From Escherichia phage kaset, in the sequence record PV245935.1: DNA of 64,000 bases. The stretch is one strand, 5' to 3'. This document shows positions 20,788-31,097 of this stretch, piece after piece. Numbering within the stretch: position 1 is the stretch's first letter; every line of letters starts with the position of its first letter. Both the position numbers and the translations under genes were made by a program. The notes under the pieces were generated by a model that saw nothing but the letters and a program-made list of their open reading frames with translations, ran no database searches and was not told the origin of the DNA.

Positions 20788-21309
20788 ATGAGAAAGAATA
20801 AAATAATCGACTTGTTTGGCGTAACTTATGAAATTCATCAATTCAGCGCAATAGATGCATTTGAAATGGTCGATGACATAAGTATATTAACCCCACTTGA
20901 ATTATTGAGTGAATGTTATGTAATCAAATACGACGGGTCCAAAGTAAGGCTTAATTCTGAAAAAGTAATTAGCGAGGAAGTGAAAAGTATTCCTAATCAC
21001 TTGCCGCCTAATCTTGTGTTGAAAGTATTGATGGAAGCCGTTAAAAAGCACAACTTTGGATTCCTTAGCGATTGGAAAAGCACCAAAATTCCAAATAGAT
21101 TCTTGGCTGATGCACCGACAGTAGAGCCTAATTATCTTGAGCCAATGGTTGCAAGTCTAATAAATAACGGCCTTGCATCTTTAAAGGAGTTGGAAGAATA
21201 CTATTCACTGCGTGATGCATTTGCCATGTTTGATGGTTTAATAGCAAAATCACTTAATGAAGCCTACTCAAACGAAGCTGCCATTAAAGAATCAAAGTCA
21301 AATCGCTAA
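20788..21309 (+). CDS. hypothetical protein
   Basis: 173 aa, AT-rich codon usage within tail module. Confidence 0.4.
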   Translation: MRKNKIIDLFGVTYEIHQFSAIDAFEMVDDISILTPLELLSECYVIKYDGSKVRLNSEKVISEEVKSIPNHLPPNLVLKVLMEAVKKHNFGFLSDWKSTKIPNRFLADAPTVEPNYLEPMVASLINNGLASLKELEEYYSLRDAFAMFDGLIAKSLNEAYSNEAAIKESKSNR

Positions 21310-21366
21310 AATATTGCTTATAGACTCCTTATAGATTATAATTTGTTGATCAGATATAAGGAGTCT

Positions 21367-22095
21367 ATGATGGCAGAAAAGTTAACCCAACTTACAAGCC
21401 CCAACCAAACTGACAAATCAAGTATGTTTGCCGCGCTTCAGGGAATGCTGGACCGTGGCAAGTATACCACTGACGGCATGATTCCTGCGCAAGTAATATC
21501 TTATGACCGCGCTAAAAATTTAGCAGTCATAAAACCTGTAATTCATTTCGTAAGTCTTGATGATAAACCAGTGGAGCGTCAACCTTTGGTGTCAATTCCG
21601 GTATTGGCAATCGGCGGCGGCGGCTTCGTGATTAACTTCCCTTTGAAGGAAGGGGACTTGGGCTGGATATTCGCTGGCGACCGCGAGTTGTCGACATTCC
21701 TTGAAGAATTGAAGCCGACTGCGCCTACCAATGGCCGTGTAAAAACTTTCGCTGATGGACTGTTCATACCGGATGTATTCCGAAAATACACCATAAGCGG
21801 AGAGGATGCAGGGTCAATGGTAATTCAATCCCTCAGCGGCGCTGTGAGAATTGCACTAAGCGATGACTCAATAAACATAACTGCGTCTGCTGGAGTAAAC
21901 GTCAAGACCCCGATAACCACTATCGATCAACAATTGATAGTAAATGGAAAGGCAACATTCAATGGTGGGATAGAAGGCAAAGAAGGAACGACGGCAACGC
22001 TTCCGACTGGCACAACGGTCGGCGGCATTGATGTATCCACTCACGGGCATATCGGTAACGGGCCTGGAAACAGAACTGGGAATATGATAGAATGA
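21367..22095 (+). CDS. putative baseplate central spike / hub protein
   Basis: ATG 21367 after AAGGAG RBS; Gly-rich C-terminus with STHGHIGNGPG. Confidence 0.4.
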   Translation: MMAEKLTQLTSPNQTDKSSMFAALQGMLDRGKYTTDGMIPAQVISYDRAKNLAVIKPVIHFVSLDDKPVERQPLVSIPVLAIGGGGFVINFPLKEGDLGWIFAGDRELSTFLEELKPTAPTNGRVKTFADGLFIPDVFRKYTISGEDAGSMVIQSLSGAVRIALSDDSINITASAGVNVKTPITTIDQQLIVNGKATFNGGIEGKEGTTATLPTGTTVGGIDVSTHGHIGNGPGNRTGNMIE

Positions 22096-23363
22096 GTGCA
22101 CAATATTCTTACATAGTAAGCACTGGTGTGATCACCATTGACACGGCAGATTTATTGGCTGATGTTCAAGGTGAATGGATTGAGTCTTTAGGGGTCGGGC
22201 TTGATGTTGATGCTTCGACGCCGCAAGGCACGCTAATCGCAACAGAGACATTGGCAAGAACTTCAGTGATGAAGAACAATGCCGAATTGGGAAGTCTCAT
22301 CAACCCTAACTACTCATATGGAGTATATCTTGATGCAATCGCGGCGCTTCTTGGTATCGAGCGAACAAAGAACGTAAGCACGATGTTGAAAGGTGTGACT
22401 GCAGAGGGAACGCCGCTGCTGGAAATTCCTGCTGGAAGTCTTCTTACTGATTCAAATGGTACATACTGGTATGTTCTGGAAGACGTTCAAATCACTTCGA
22501 CTGGCAAGACAAGCAATATGACTCTTGCGTCAAAAGATTATGGATCATTCACTGTTGCGCCTGATGAAGAGTTTACAGTGGTGCAAGGTTATGACGTCAT
22601 CGGATGGTCAAGAACTTATTCAACGTCGGCAACAACGACCGTGCCAGGAACACAATACATGAGCGACGGAGCATTAAAGGCCGCTCGTGTTAAGCGTCTT
22701 TACCAGCAGGGCATTGCATCGCTTGGTGCCATTCGCGCTCGCGCCATGTCGGTCGACGGTGTAGAATCTGTGATGGTCGTGGAGAACGACACAGGAGCGC
22801 CTGGAACGGTGCGCGGCATCACCTTCTCAACGCCTAACGGTGTTTGGGTGTGCGCAAGCGGAACATTTGACAAGCAAGTGTTTGCGGAGACGATATTCAA
22901 GGCGAAGATGGGCGGTCAACCTTGGGACTTTGGCGCTGCTAATCAAGGTGATCCGGTAAACTCGCCTGATGGAATCGAAGTGGTCGATGCAGAATCACAG
23001 CTGTCTTATTTCGTCAAATTCAACACTGCAGTGATATATGATTTGTATGTTGATATAACCGTTTCAAGAGGAACGGCTACCGCTGATGCTGAGTCTATCA
23101 TTGCCGCTGTGCTGAATTACGGCAATGGCAATTTTAACGGTGAGCAGGGATATACAGTAGGCCAATCTCAATCTTCTTTTGAAATTGCTTCAGCAGTATC
23201 CTGTGAATATCCAGGACTTTATATCAAAGATTGCAAAATTGCAGCAGTCAAAAGCGGACAGGCAGCGCCAACTTATCCTTCCGATTATGGCAGCGAGTGG
23301 ATTGCCAATCCATGGGATAAGGCCAATACTATGCGCGGCTTCATCAACGTTAAATTTGTGTGA
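22092..23363 (+). CDS. putative baseplate wedge protein (gpJ-like)
   Basis: 423 aa; position between spike and fibre genes. Confidence 0.4.
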   Translation: MSAQYSYIVSTGVITIDTADLLADVQGEWIESLGVGLDVDASTPQGTLIATETLARTSVMKNNAELGSLINPNYSYGVYLDAIAALLGIERTKNVSTMLKGVTAEGTPLLEIPAGSLLTDSNGTYWYVLEDVQITSTGKTSNMTLASKDYGSFTVAPDEEFTVVQGYDVIGWSRTYSTSATTTVPGTQYMSDGALKAARVKRLYQQGIASLGAIRARAMSVDGVESVMVVENDTGAPGTVRGITFSTPNGVWVCASGTFDKQVFAETIFKAKMGGQPWDFGAANQGDPVNSPDGIEVVDAESQLSYFVKFNTAVIYDLYVDITVSRGTATADAESIIAAVLNYGNGNFNGEQGYTVGQSQSSFEIASAVSCEYPGLYIKDCKIAAVKSGQAAPTYPSDYGSEWIANPWDKANTMRGFINVKFV

Positions 23364-23369
23364 GGAACT

Positions 23370-26108
23370 ATGCAAAAGTTTGACACAAACCTGTTGCAAA
23401 ACCTTAAGTGGATGCAGAACAACGCGCCAAACATCACATCTTTGGTTCAGAAGAAGAGTGACTGGTATGAGCGATATCAAGATCAGTTTTGGATTGACTG
23501 GTACAAGAACATATTCAACATTGATACTTGTGATGCAATGGGCATCTATATTTGGTGTGACATCCTATGCATACCAAGGGATTTTGTTGACTTAAGCAAC
23601 TATGAGCACAACTGGGCGTTTGGACCCACACGCGACAACTTCGAAGGGCCGGACAATATCGGCGGCAACTTCTTTGGTGCTGGCGGAAAGGTTGTGAAAA
23701 ACATCGAAGAAGCCCGCATCCTTCTGAAGCTTCGTTATCTGACGCTTACAAGTGATGGCCGCATAGAAAGCATCAACCGTATGCTTAAGTGGATTTTCAA
23801 CCGTGGAGAAGATTGGGATTACTCTTCATCGCGCTACGCATATGTGACAGATAATACTCAAGGCGCGGTGTCTTCTTCTGAAGCAACAAACGGCTCATTC
23901 CTTCTGTACGACTGGCAGGGGTCAACTGAGATTCAGCACGATTATAAACAAGTCCTTTTGAGCCACGGCAACAACGCAGGACTTACCATAAGTGGGGTGG
24001 CAGGGACCGTTTCGCGAATGGCACACCCAGACTGGTATTCATGGGGTAATGGTTCCGGCGCTGGTATTGTCGGCGGCGATACACGACAATATGGCGGCCC
24101 TGACTATTACGGCCAACTGTGCGGTGACTACCCAGGAGAGGCCATAGAGAATTTCGCCAACGCAGTACGGGTCATCAAGACCGCTTCCAGCGGCGAGCCT
24201 GTGTATTCTTTGGCCAATAATCCAAGCGCCCAATCTATTGCGCTTCCTTCTCAGGCTGGTGTCAACGTTTGCTATAGCTTCTACATAAAAGTGCTTTCTG
24301 AAAACGTGGCTTCTGTTTCCGTAACAGAGAACAGTGATGCATCGAGTAATGGAAAACTTTTCGACCCAGTGACTGGTCAGTTCAATCTTGACTCTTCTTT
24401 GAGTTATTTCATCACAGGCAAGTTCGATGGTGTGAGAAGGGAATCAAACCGTGGTGGCATCAAGGCAATCGGCGGCGATTGGTACAGAATCTGGATTGTA
24501 GAGCAAACTGCAAACGCGACGGCTGGGGTGAAAACAAGCTTTTCAATTGAGTTGAAAGCAACTGCCGCTGGATCAACCCAGACTCGCGAATTGCCTGAAG
24601 GGTCTGATGCGCTTCTTTTTGGATACTCCATTTGCGTTTGCGACCCTGTTCAAAATCCTAATGGGCCTGAGCCTTATTTCTATGGGACTCAAAATCCTCC
24701 TGCAGATGGAACGGCAATCCTGTCTGTTACGGCAGGAACGCTCAACAACATATCTTGCGCAAACGGTCCGTTGACCACAAGGGATGGCGTGGTAGGTGAA
24801 TCATTCATGCAGCCTGGTTCATCGCTTGCATACTCTGGTTCAATCGGCGGCTACCCGTACCCAGGAAACGCAACATTGATTGCAGAGACAGATGGAATCA
24901 GACGCTCATGGAACGTTAGCCGACTGGACGGAGTACCGCCGCCGCCGACCGCTGACTATTACATGGAATATGTCATCGGACCTTATTTCGCCAACAACTT
25001 GTCTGATAACTTTAAGACGCTAGTTGGCGACAGGAATGAAGGATTCTTGCCAGCAAATGCCGGAATACGTTGGCAGCTTTACCAAGAAGTCGCAGACTTA
25101 TCTGATATTGATTTGACTGTCAGCAACATAACAGACACGCGAGTAGGATTTGAAACGGAAGGTGTCGCATGGATTAACACTGACGGCATCATCAGAGTTG
25201 GCGGCATAAACGAGTGGCCGTTGAACAACTTCAAAGGTGTTATACGACAGCTTGAATCTTTGAAAGGTGTGAACCAAGTTATCGACGGCGCACTTGTCAA
25301 CGACTATTCAATCTCAAAAGCATCAAGAGATGACTTTGGTCGTGAAATCCCACGTGCCGCGATCACAAACTACTGGCGATACACACAACCCAATGACGGC
25401 ACATCTTTTGGAAATATCGTCAAGGACGGAGATAACACGGTAACGGCGACGCCAATCAGCGGTGTTCCCAACCAGTTCCCATCATTCAAGCTTTCCGCTA
25501 CAATAGGGACTGTGCCAGCGTCCGGCTATGCACGTGCTGTACTTGCTACTAAATACACTGGCAACCTGACTGGTCCTTTGTCATTTATCGCAATAGTTAA
25601 AAACAACACGGCAAACGGTCAAAAACTTTTCGTAACCGTACCGGATGGTATGGGCGGCTATATCCCTAAATTCTACAGCATAGGCGCAGGTGATTTGCAA
25701 CGCATCGAAATTGACCTTGCCGCTGAGATTGTTGCAGGAACGACTTGGGATGGTTCGACAGGTGGAATCAGCATTGGTTTGATATCAGGGAAAGACTTGC
25801 CGACCGAAGTCGGTACGACTCTTGAACTTGATATTTTAAGCTTGATGCTTGTTTCTGGTAATACGATGAATGCGCTTGCGATTTCAACAAGCGAAGACTT
25901 TGCAAAGAAAACTGCAACTTCCATATACATCAAAAACCCAGGGTCACTGGCGACTGGAGTTCAATTGATAGCTTCGAATGGGGATGTTGTAGCGACAGTA
26001 AACTTTCCAAGAAGTGCTGCTGGCGGTTATGTTTCAAGCATGAATATAACTGACTTAACTGGTGATTGGGCATCGACCCTTTTATCAAAAATTAAATACA
26101 TCGTGTAG
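23370..26108 (+). CDS. tail fiber / baseplate-associated fibre protein
   Basis: 912 aa, Gly/Ser/Thr/Asn-rich, RBS GAGGAA. Confidence 0.5.
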   Translation: MQKFDTNLLQNLKWMQNNAPNITSLVQKKSDWYERYQDQFWIDWYKNIFNIDTCDAMGIYIWCDILCIPRDFVDLSNYEHNWAFGPTRDNFEGPDNIGGNFFGAGGKVVKNIEEARILLKLRYLTLTSDGRIESINRMLKWIFNRGEDWDYSSSRYAYVTDNTQGAVSSSEATNGSFLLYDWQGSTEIQHDYKQVLLSHGNNAGLTISGVAGTVSRMAHPDWYSWGNGSGAGIVGGDTRQYGGPDYYGQLCGDYPGEAIENFANAVRVIKTASSGEPVYSLANNPSAQSIALPSQAGVNVCYSFYIKVLSENVASVSVTENSDASSNGKLFDPVTGQFNLDSSLSYFITGKFDGVRRESNRGGIKAIGGDWYRIWIVEQTANATAGVKTSFSIELKATAAGSTQTRELPEGSDALLFGYSICVCDPVQNPNGPEPYFYGTQNPPADGTAILSVTAGTLNNISCANGPLTTRDGVVGESFMQPGSSLAYSGSIGGYPYPGNATLIAETDGIRRSWNVSRLDGVPPPPTADYYMEYVIGPYFANNLSDNFKTLVGDRNEGFLPANAGIRWQLYQEVADLSDIDLTVSNITDTRVGFETEGVAWINTDGIIRVGGINEWPLNNFKGVIRQLESLKGVNQVIDGALVNDYSISKASRDDFGREIPRAAITNYWRYTQPNDGTSFGNIVKDGDNTVTATPISGVPNQFPSFKLSATIGTVPASGYARAVLATKYTGNLTGPLSFIAIVKNNTANGQKLFVTVPDGMGGYIPKFYSIGAGDLQRIEIDLAAEIVAGTTWDGSTGGISIGLISGKDLPTEVGTTLELDILSLMLVSGNTMNALAISTSEDFAKKTATSIYIKNPGSLATGVQLIASNGDVVATVNFPRSAAGGYVSSMNITDLTGDWASTLLSKIKYIV

Positions 26109-26118
26109 AGGAACGGCA

Positions 26119-27906
26119 ATGCCAACACTTATTAACAGACCTTTCGCGCAAAGCGGTGATGTATCCGTGGTGCCGGATGCAAGCCCAAGCGGTTATGTGA
26201 ACTTCCAGCGCGGCTACACTCCTGACTATGCGCTTGCGCTGGAGGCCGGAAACGTCGCCGCGAAAGCTGTTGAGCGCGAATCGATGAACTGGTTGCTGAA
26301 TTTGATTACAGACAACCTTATGTTTATTCAAGATCATGGCGCTCAACAATATTTCTCTTCTGACTTGAAGCCGGATGGATACCCGAAAAACGCCATTGTT
26401 GTCAGCAACTCTGGAACGCCTTCAGCACCTGAGTGGCGCATCTTTCAAAGTGTGGTTGACGGCAACACAAGCGCAGTACCAGCTAACGGAGAAACGGAAT
26501 CTTGGCAGGAATTAACACTGCCCAGCGAAGCGCGAAAATACATTCCTATGCCTGCTGGCGGCGATGCGCAAAACCCGTATTTTGTTCGCGGATTGATTTC
26601 AAGCGTTGTCGACTTTGACAATATTACGACTTCCACAACTATTGTCATCCAATCCGATGCCGTTGCCGCTCTGTGCTCTAATATTCCGAATGCTGTTGGC
26701 GCGACGAAGGTTGCAGGTCGCCTTCAGGTTTGCGCTTGGCAGGTCGATGCGCAAACGTTTGCGCTGCAACAATACACGTCAATGAACGGATATGTTTTTA
26801 CCCGCTCTTATACGTCTGGTGCTTGGAGTGCTTGGATTCAAAATGCCACCGTTCAAGATGTGCAAATTGGAACGCCGAATCTTGCATCAGGTAAAGGCGC
26901 GCAAGATATAATCCTCACCGTTCCAGCAGGGTATTCATGGCCTCCGTCAGCAGGTAGTCGTTTGACAATCGTCAATGATGTAACGACTACCGGACCTGTC
27001 ACCGTGACCATTGGTGTAAACAAAGTTGCCGTTCTTGGATTCGACGGCGGCGAGCTGCCAGCTGGCGCTATCGTAGGCTTGTTGCCATTCACCATAATTT
27101 ATGACGGCACTGTTTGGCGTCTCCTTCAGGCGTTTGGCGCGGCGCAAATCGGCGTTGATGCTACTGAGCCGCAACAGTTTGTTACAAAGCGCCAACTCGA
27201 TGCTTTGGCTGCGAAATTGATCACTATGGGCGACGTATTCGAAGTCGGTGAGACTCGATTCCTCACCAACGGAACAGACCCGAATACTAAACTGGGCGCT
27301 TACGGCCAGGTATGGACACGACTTCCTGATAACATGGTCATCAGAACATCTGGCACGGCGCGAAACGGTCTTGCCACTGGCGGCGCGGACTCTGTTACTC
27401 TCACCGCTGCAATGCTTCCTCTCCACAATCACAGCGTGAACATTACCACGCGACAAAGTGGTCCATGGTCTAATACCACTGGAGATGCTGGAAATCACAA
27501 CCACACAGGTGATACAAGTCAAAACGGTGCTCACGTGCATGGAATGGATACGGCAGGCAACCATCACCATGACAGCAGCTGGGGTGAAGCCAATACTAGC
27601 GATGCGCGGTACGGCGTTTATGATGGGACACACAACAACTTCGGAAGTCGCAAAGGCGGCGACTGGGATAACTACAAATACAACACTTCGACTAACGGCA
27701 ACCACGTCCATAATATTCAATCTTCTGGATCACACACCCATGGATTGAATATAAATTACGCTGGCAATCACAGCCACAGTTATACCCTTCCCGCTCACAC
27801 TCACGATGTGGTCGGTAACACTGGCAACGCAGGGCAGTCGGTGCCAACGGCTGTTGCGACTTTGCCGCGATACGTTGTCTTGAATGGCTGGTACAGAAGC
27901 GCATAA
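26119..27906 (+). CDS. tail fiber protein with collar-like domain and His-rich repeats
   Basis: 595 aa from ATG 26119; C-terminal region has repeated HxH motifs (NHNHTGD, AHVHG, NHHHD, NHVHN, SHTHG, NHSHS, AHTHD). Confidence 0.6.
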   Translation: MPTLINRPFAQSGDVSVVPDASPSGYVNFQRGYTPDYALALEAGNVAAKAVERESMNWLLNLITDNLMFIQDHGAQQYFSSDLKPDGYPKNAIVVSNSGTPSAPEWRIFQSVVDGNTSAVPANGETESWQELTLPSEARKYIPMPAGGDAQNPYFVRGLISSVVDFDNITTSTTIVIQSDAVAALCSNIPNAVGATKVAGRLQVCAWQVDAQTFALQQYTSMNGYVFTRSYTSGAWSAWIQNATVQDVQIGTPNLASGKGAQDIILTVPAGYSWPPSAGSRLTIVNDVTTTGPVTVTIGVNKVAVLGFDGGELPAGAIVGLLPFTIIYDGTVWRLLQAFGAAQIGVDATEPQQFVTKRQLDALAAKLITMGDVFEVGETRFLTNGTDPNTKLGAYGQVWTRLPDNMVIRTSGTARNGLATGGADSVTLTAAMLPLHNHSVNITTRQSGPWSNTTGDAGNHNHTGDTSQNGAHVHGMDTAGNHHHDSSWGEANTSDARYGVYDGTHNNFGSRKGGDWDNYKYNTSTNGNHVHNIQSSGSHTHGLNINYAGNHSHSYTLPAHTHDVVGNTGNAGQSVPTAVATLPRYVVLNGWYRSA

Positions 27907-27914
27907 GGTGATTT

Positions 27915-28559
27915 ATGATTAATGCAAACGTAATATCTAAAGGGACCGGATGCAGCATGGATGTTGCAGAGAAATGGGTGGACCCTTTCAAGCAGGCTTG
28001 TGAGCACTACGGAATCAAAAGCAAGAATGCCATCGCGGCATTCCTTGCAAACGTAGGAGTAGAGACGGGCAGCTTGAAAACCTTTGTGGAAAATCTCAAC
28101 TACTCTGCTCAAGGTCTTGCCAATACATGGCCTAGTCGTTACAGCGTCAACGGTCGTTTCGGCGGCGCACCCAACTCCTTGGCATTGTCGATTGCCCGTA
28201 AACCAATGGAAATCGCCAATAATACATACGCAAACCGCATGGGCAACGGTTCAGTATCATCTGGCGACGGTTGGAAGTACCGTGGCCGTGGTGCCATTCA
28301 GCTAACCGGAAAGGCTAACTATGCTGAATATACGCGTCAATCAGGCTATGATGCATTGAACAATCCTGATATTCTGACTGAACCAAAATACATTGCTGAC
28401 AGCGCGGCGTGGTTCTTCAAGAACAGCGGTTGCATTCCACTTGCTGATGCAGGCGCATTTGATTCGACTGTGAAGAGGATTAACGGGGCCGCGCCGAATA
28501 CGGCTAACCATGGGGATTTGCGACGGAAGCGTTACAAGGATGCACTAGCAGTTATGTAA
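27915..28559 (+). CDS. endolysin, glycoside hydrolase family 19-like
   Basis: 214 aa; motifs FLANVGVETG and YRGRGAIQLTGKANY match GH19 catalytic signatures; AAGGTGA RBS. Confidence 0.8.
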   Translation: MINANVISKGTGCSMDVAEKWVDPFKQACEHYGIKSKNAIAAFLANVGVETGSLKTFVENLNYSAQGLANTWPSRYSVNGRFGGAPNSLALSIARKPMEIANNTYANRMGNGSVSSGDGWKYRGRGAIQLTGKANYAEYTRQSGYDALNNPDILTEPKYIADSAAWFFKNSGCIPLADAGAFDSTVKRINGAAPNTANHGDLRRKRYKDALAVM

Positions 28560-28560
28560 G

Positions 28561-28591
28561 AAAAAGGCCCATATGGGCCTTTGTTTATTTT
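28561..28591. terminator. bidirectional Rho-independent terminator
   Basis: AAAAAGGCCCatatGGGCCTTTGTTTATTTT; hairpin flanked by A-run and T-run; between convergent genes. Confidence 0.6.
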
Positions 28592-28815
28592 ACGGCTTCA
28601 ACTTGGACGGGCGGAGCGGAACTTGTATCAATGTCTGGCAAGTCGAAGTAATACCCCGCCATACCAATCACACCTACAATCGCGGCCCGTGCCACCTTGT
28701 TGCTAATTGACTCCCCAATAAGCTTTACCAACAGGGATAAGATTTGAGACGTCAAAGCCTTTTTCAGCCTTTTGTTTTCTTCCAAATCTTTCTGCATAAC
28801 TACCACCCATGTCAA
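28585..28815 (-). CDS. small membrane protein
   Basis: 76 aa; hydrophobic segment VARAAIVGVIGMAGYYF. Confidence 0.45.
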   Translation of the reverse strand: MTWVVVMQKDLEENKRLKKALTSQILSLLVKLIGESISNKVARAAIVGVIGMAGYYFDLPDIDTSSAPPVQVEAVK

Positions 28816-29354
28816 CGCACTTCCTGTGTCTTAACATTACCTGAAGCATCTCTCAAGGGCAGTGGATAGTAGGCCATTTGGTAGTCTGATACGCCTTCAA
28901 TGTGATAAAACACGATTACGTCTTTGCTGTTGATGAGCATGTTAACGACATCTGATTTATCTTCTGGAGTGAGTATTAGTGCGCCGCCTGTCCTGCTGTC
29001 TACTGCAACAGGGTATGTCTTGTCGACAAGGCCGCTGTCCAATGTATTATACCTGACAACGATTTCAGGGGCATCAACTTTTGCCATCGACATTCCGAAC
29101 ACAAACGACACGACCTGCCGACCGCGATCATTCATTACGCACATCTTTTCTTTGTCAAATCTTTCTTTTATTACGTCGTATTTATTCCAGCAAAACTCAA
29201 ATGACTGCCCATTGTTGAAATATCTTGTCAAAACTTTTGCACTTCCATTCGGCGGCGTAAACATATTTTCAGCCGATGCAGTCTTGGTGAAGAATATAAC
29301 TGTCAGCATAGCCATGATGATGATCAAAACAATCTTTAATTTGTTCGCTTTCAT
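28812..29354 (-). CDS. secreted / periplasmic protein
   Basis: 180 aa; N-terminal signal peptide MKANKLKIVLIIIMAMLTVIFFTKTASA. Confidence 0.5.
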   Translation of the reverse strand: MKANKLKIVLIIIMAMLTVIFFTKTASAENMFTPPNGSAKVLTRYFNNGQSFEFCWNKYDVIKERFDKEKMCVMNDRGRQVVSFVFGMSMAKVDAPEIVVRYNTLDSGLVDKTYPVAVDSRTGGALILTPEDKSDVVNMLINSKDVIVFYHIEGVSDYQMAYYPLPLRDASGNVKTQEVR

Positions 29355-29370
29355 TATAATTCACCTTTTG

Positions 29371-29398
29371 ATTATGAATATTAATAGTATAGGCTCAA
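29371..29398 (-). promoter_or_regulatory. sigma70-like promoter for the 29354-28585 two-gene unit
   Basis: on minus strand TTGAGC-N16-CATAAT followed by AAAAGGTGA RBS. Confidence 0.35.
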
Positions 29399-29419
29399 GG
29401 TTTTGAAAGTAAATACGCC

Positions 29420-29458
29420 GAAAGTAAATAAAAGAAAAGCCGGAAATTTCCGGCTTTA
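29420..29458 (-). terminator. Rho-independent terminator downstream of ligase gene
   Basis: perfect hairpin AGCCGGAAA/TTTCCGGCT followed on minus strand by TTTCTTTTATTT. Confidence 0.5.
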
Positions 29459-29529
29459 TGTATACACTGTATATTAAATTCTAGAAAACGGCGCGATAGA
29501 TTATACGCACCAATTATTTATCCAGTGTG

Positions 29530-30504
29530 TTAAAAATACTCCATATCGGTAATATCACGGAAGCATTTATACAAGGCAGAGCGCGGCACGTCAACGATGC
29601 CAAAGTTGAAGAATTTATATGTCAGATACTTGTTGCGATAATTCTCGCGATTCTCCCAAAGCATTTTTCTCTCTGCCATAGGCATTGAACCAGCGGAGAC
29701 GCGGAAAGGAATCATTTCACCTTTCTCATCAACATATTTTGGATTGACAACCACAAATGATCCAAGGTATCCTTTTGCAACTAAGCCTTCAGCCTCTTTC
29801 GAACGCTTAGTGCGACCCAACTCATCAATGAATGCTTCGTTGTTGTTCTCCATCATCTCAACGAAGTCTATGATCAGTCCTTCTTCATCGGTCCACGGCT
29901 TGTCCTTCCACACATCACGTGACTTTGGCGTCGCGCGACCATGCTTGTATTTGCCCGTCCAAGACTTGCCATACAAGCCTTCATAGCCAAGTTGGTCTGC
30001 TTCGATTTGCATTGCCGCGTACTGTTCCATATTTTCGATGTTGCGATATTCGAGAGCGCGAAGGAATGGACGTCGGCCATGGTCAATGAGATATTGATTG
30101 ACCTCAGCAACGCGTCGATTATACTGCTCATAACGTGCCGAGAAAGGCAAATCAGGTTCGCTAAAGTCATCAAACACCCACCATGTGAAGTTTGTTATAG
30201 CATCGGTATTCATGCAGGCGGTATAGGCTTGCTGCATTACGTTCTTATCATTCGGATTGCCGTCAATAAGCTCTCCATCAAGGCCGTGAATCAATTCACC
30301 CAAAAAGAGGAACTCTTTTTTAATCTGGACGTTTCGAAGCGCCATGCCGGACGTACCCATTGGCAAGTTGTCATACGCCATCGCGCGTATGCCATCGACC
30401 TTGAAGGACAACCCGCAAGGCAGCGGCACATCTTCGCCACGCTCGATAATTTGTTTACGCTGGCAACCTTTCATTGGTTTTAATGCTTTGATTTCCCCTG
30501 CCAT
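29530..30504 (-). CDS. ATP-dependent DNA ligase
   Basis: 324 aa; adenylation motif KVDGIR (KxDGxR). Confidence 0.8.
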   Translation of the reverse strand: MAGEIKALKPMKGCQRKQIIERGEDVPLPCGLSFKVDGIRAMAYDNLPMGTSGMALRNVQIKKEFLFLGELIHGLDGELIDGNPNDKNVMQQAYTACMNTDAITNFTWWVFDDFSEPDLPFSARYEQYNRRVAEVNQYLIDHGRRPFLRALEYRNIENMEQYAAMQIEADQLGYEGLYGKSWTGKYKHGRATPKSRDVWKDKPWTDEEGLIIDFVEMMENNNEAFIDELGRTKRSKEAEGLVAKGYLGSFVVVNPKYVDEKGEMIPFRVSAGSMPMAERKMLWENRENYRNKYLTYKFFNFGIVDVPRSALYKCFRDITDMEYF

Positions 30505-31097
30505 TACTCGCGACCCTCATTCATTACTTGTTCCATTGCGTAGGCATAAGCCTGATCAGTCGATTTGATAAACGTGCCGTTGTACATCACCCCTTTACGG
30601 TCCTTGATGTCTTCATAGGCGGCTTGAGCGCAATCAGACAGTCGAAGTCCATAATCATGCGCTACGCCGGAAAGATAATCGACTGCGGCCATGATAGTGA
30701 CATCAATATCCATGCTTTGATTTTTAGCAATGGCGTCACCAAGCCGTCCGAGAGTCTTCGCCAAGCGAAGGATAAAGGAATGAGGGTGAGCGCCTTTGTC
30801 AGCGCAACCGCCGCCGATGATGTCTTCGATTTTTGCACCATTTTGCGCGGCAAGAATAGTTAACACAACAAGGCAATCACCGATGTCGTCCTTGATTGCG
30901 GCTTGCAAATCACAAATGGCCTGCTCTGTATATCCGATTTCAGGGTCAAAGAACACAAGGTCATGGAGTTGATCCACGTGGTCGGTCAACTCCCCAAACT
31001 CGCTAATAAGCTTCGGGTATTGGTCTTTAAGGTCGCAACCTTTGATGATGTTACGGTCAGAAGCCCATTGGCGAATGTTTGCATAAATCTGGTTCAT
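30504..31097 (-). CDS. MazG-like nucleotide pyrophosphohydrolase (putative)
   Basis: 197 aa; all-alpha pattern KLISEFGEL ... IGDCLVVLTILAAQNG resembling MazG/NTP-PPase motifs. Confidence 0.4.
   Translation of the reverse strand: MNQIYANIRQWASDRNIIKGCDLKDQYPKLISEFGELTDHVDQLHDLVFFDPEIGYTEQAICDLQAAIKDDIGDCLVVLTILAAQNGAKIEDIIGGGCADKGAHPHSFILRLAKTLGRLGDAIAKNQSMDIDVTIMAAVDYLSGVAHDYGLRLSDCAQAAYEDIKDRKGVMYNGTFIKSTDQAYAYAMEQVMNEGRE

Noticed and set aside
26947-27720. 257-aa minus-strand ORF inside the tail fiber gene, and similar antisense ORFs (for example 19940-20479, 29941-30483, 32096-32581, 44072-44683)
   Set aside because: They lie antisense within well-supported longer genes and have low-complexity or unusual composition; typical shadow ORFs.
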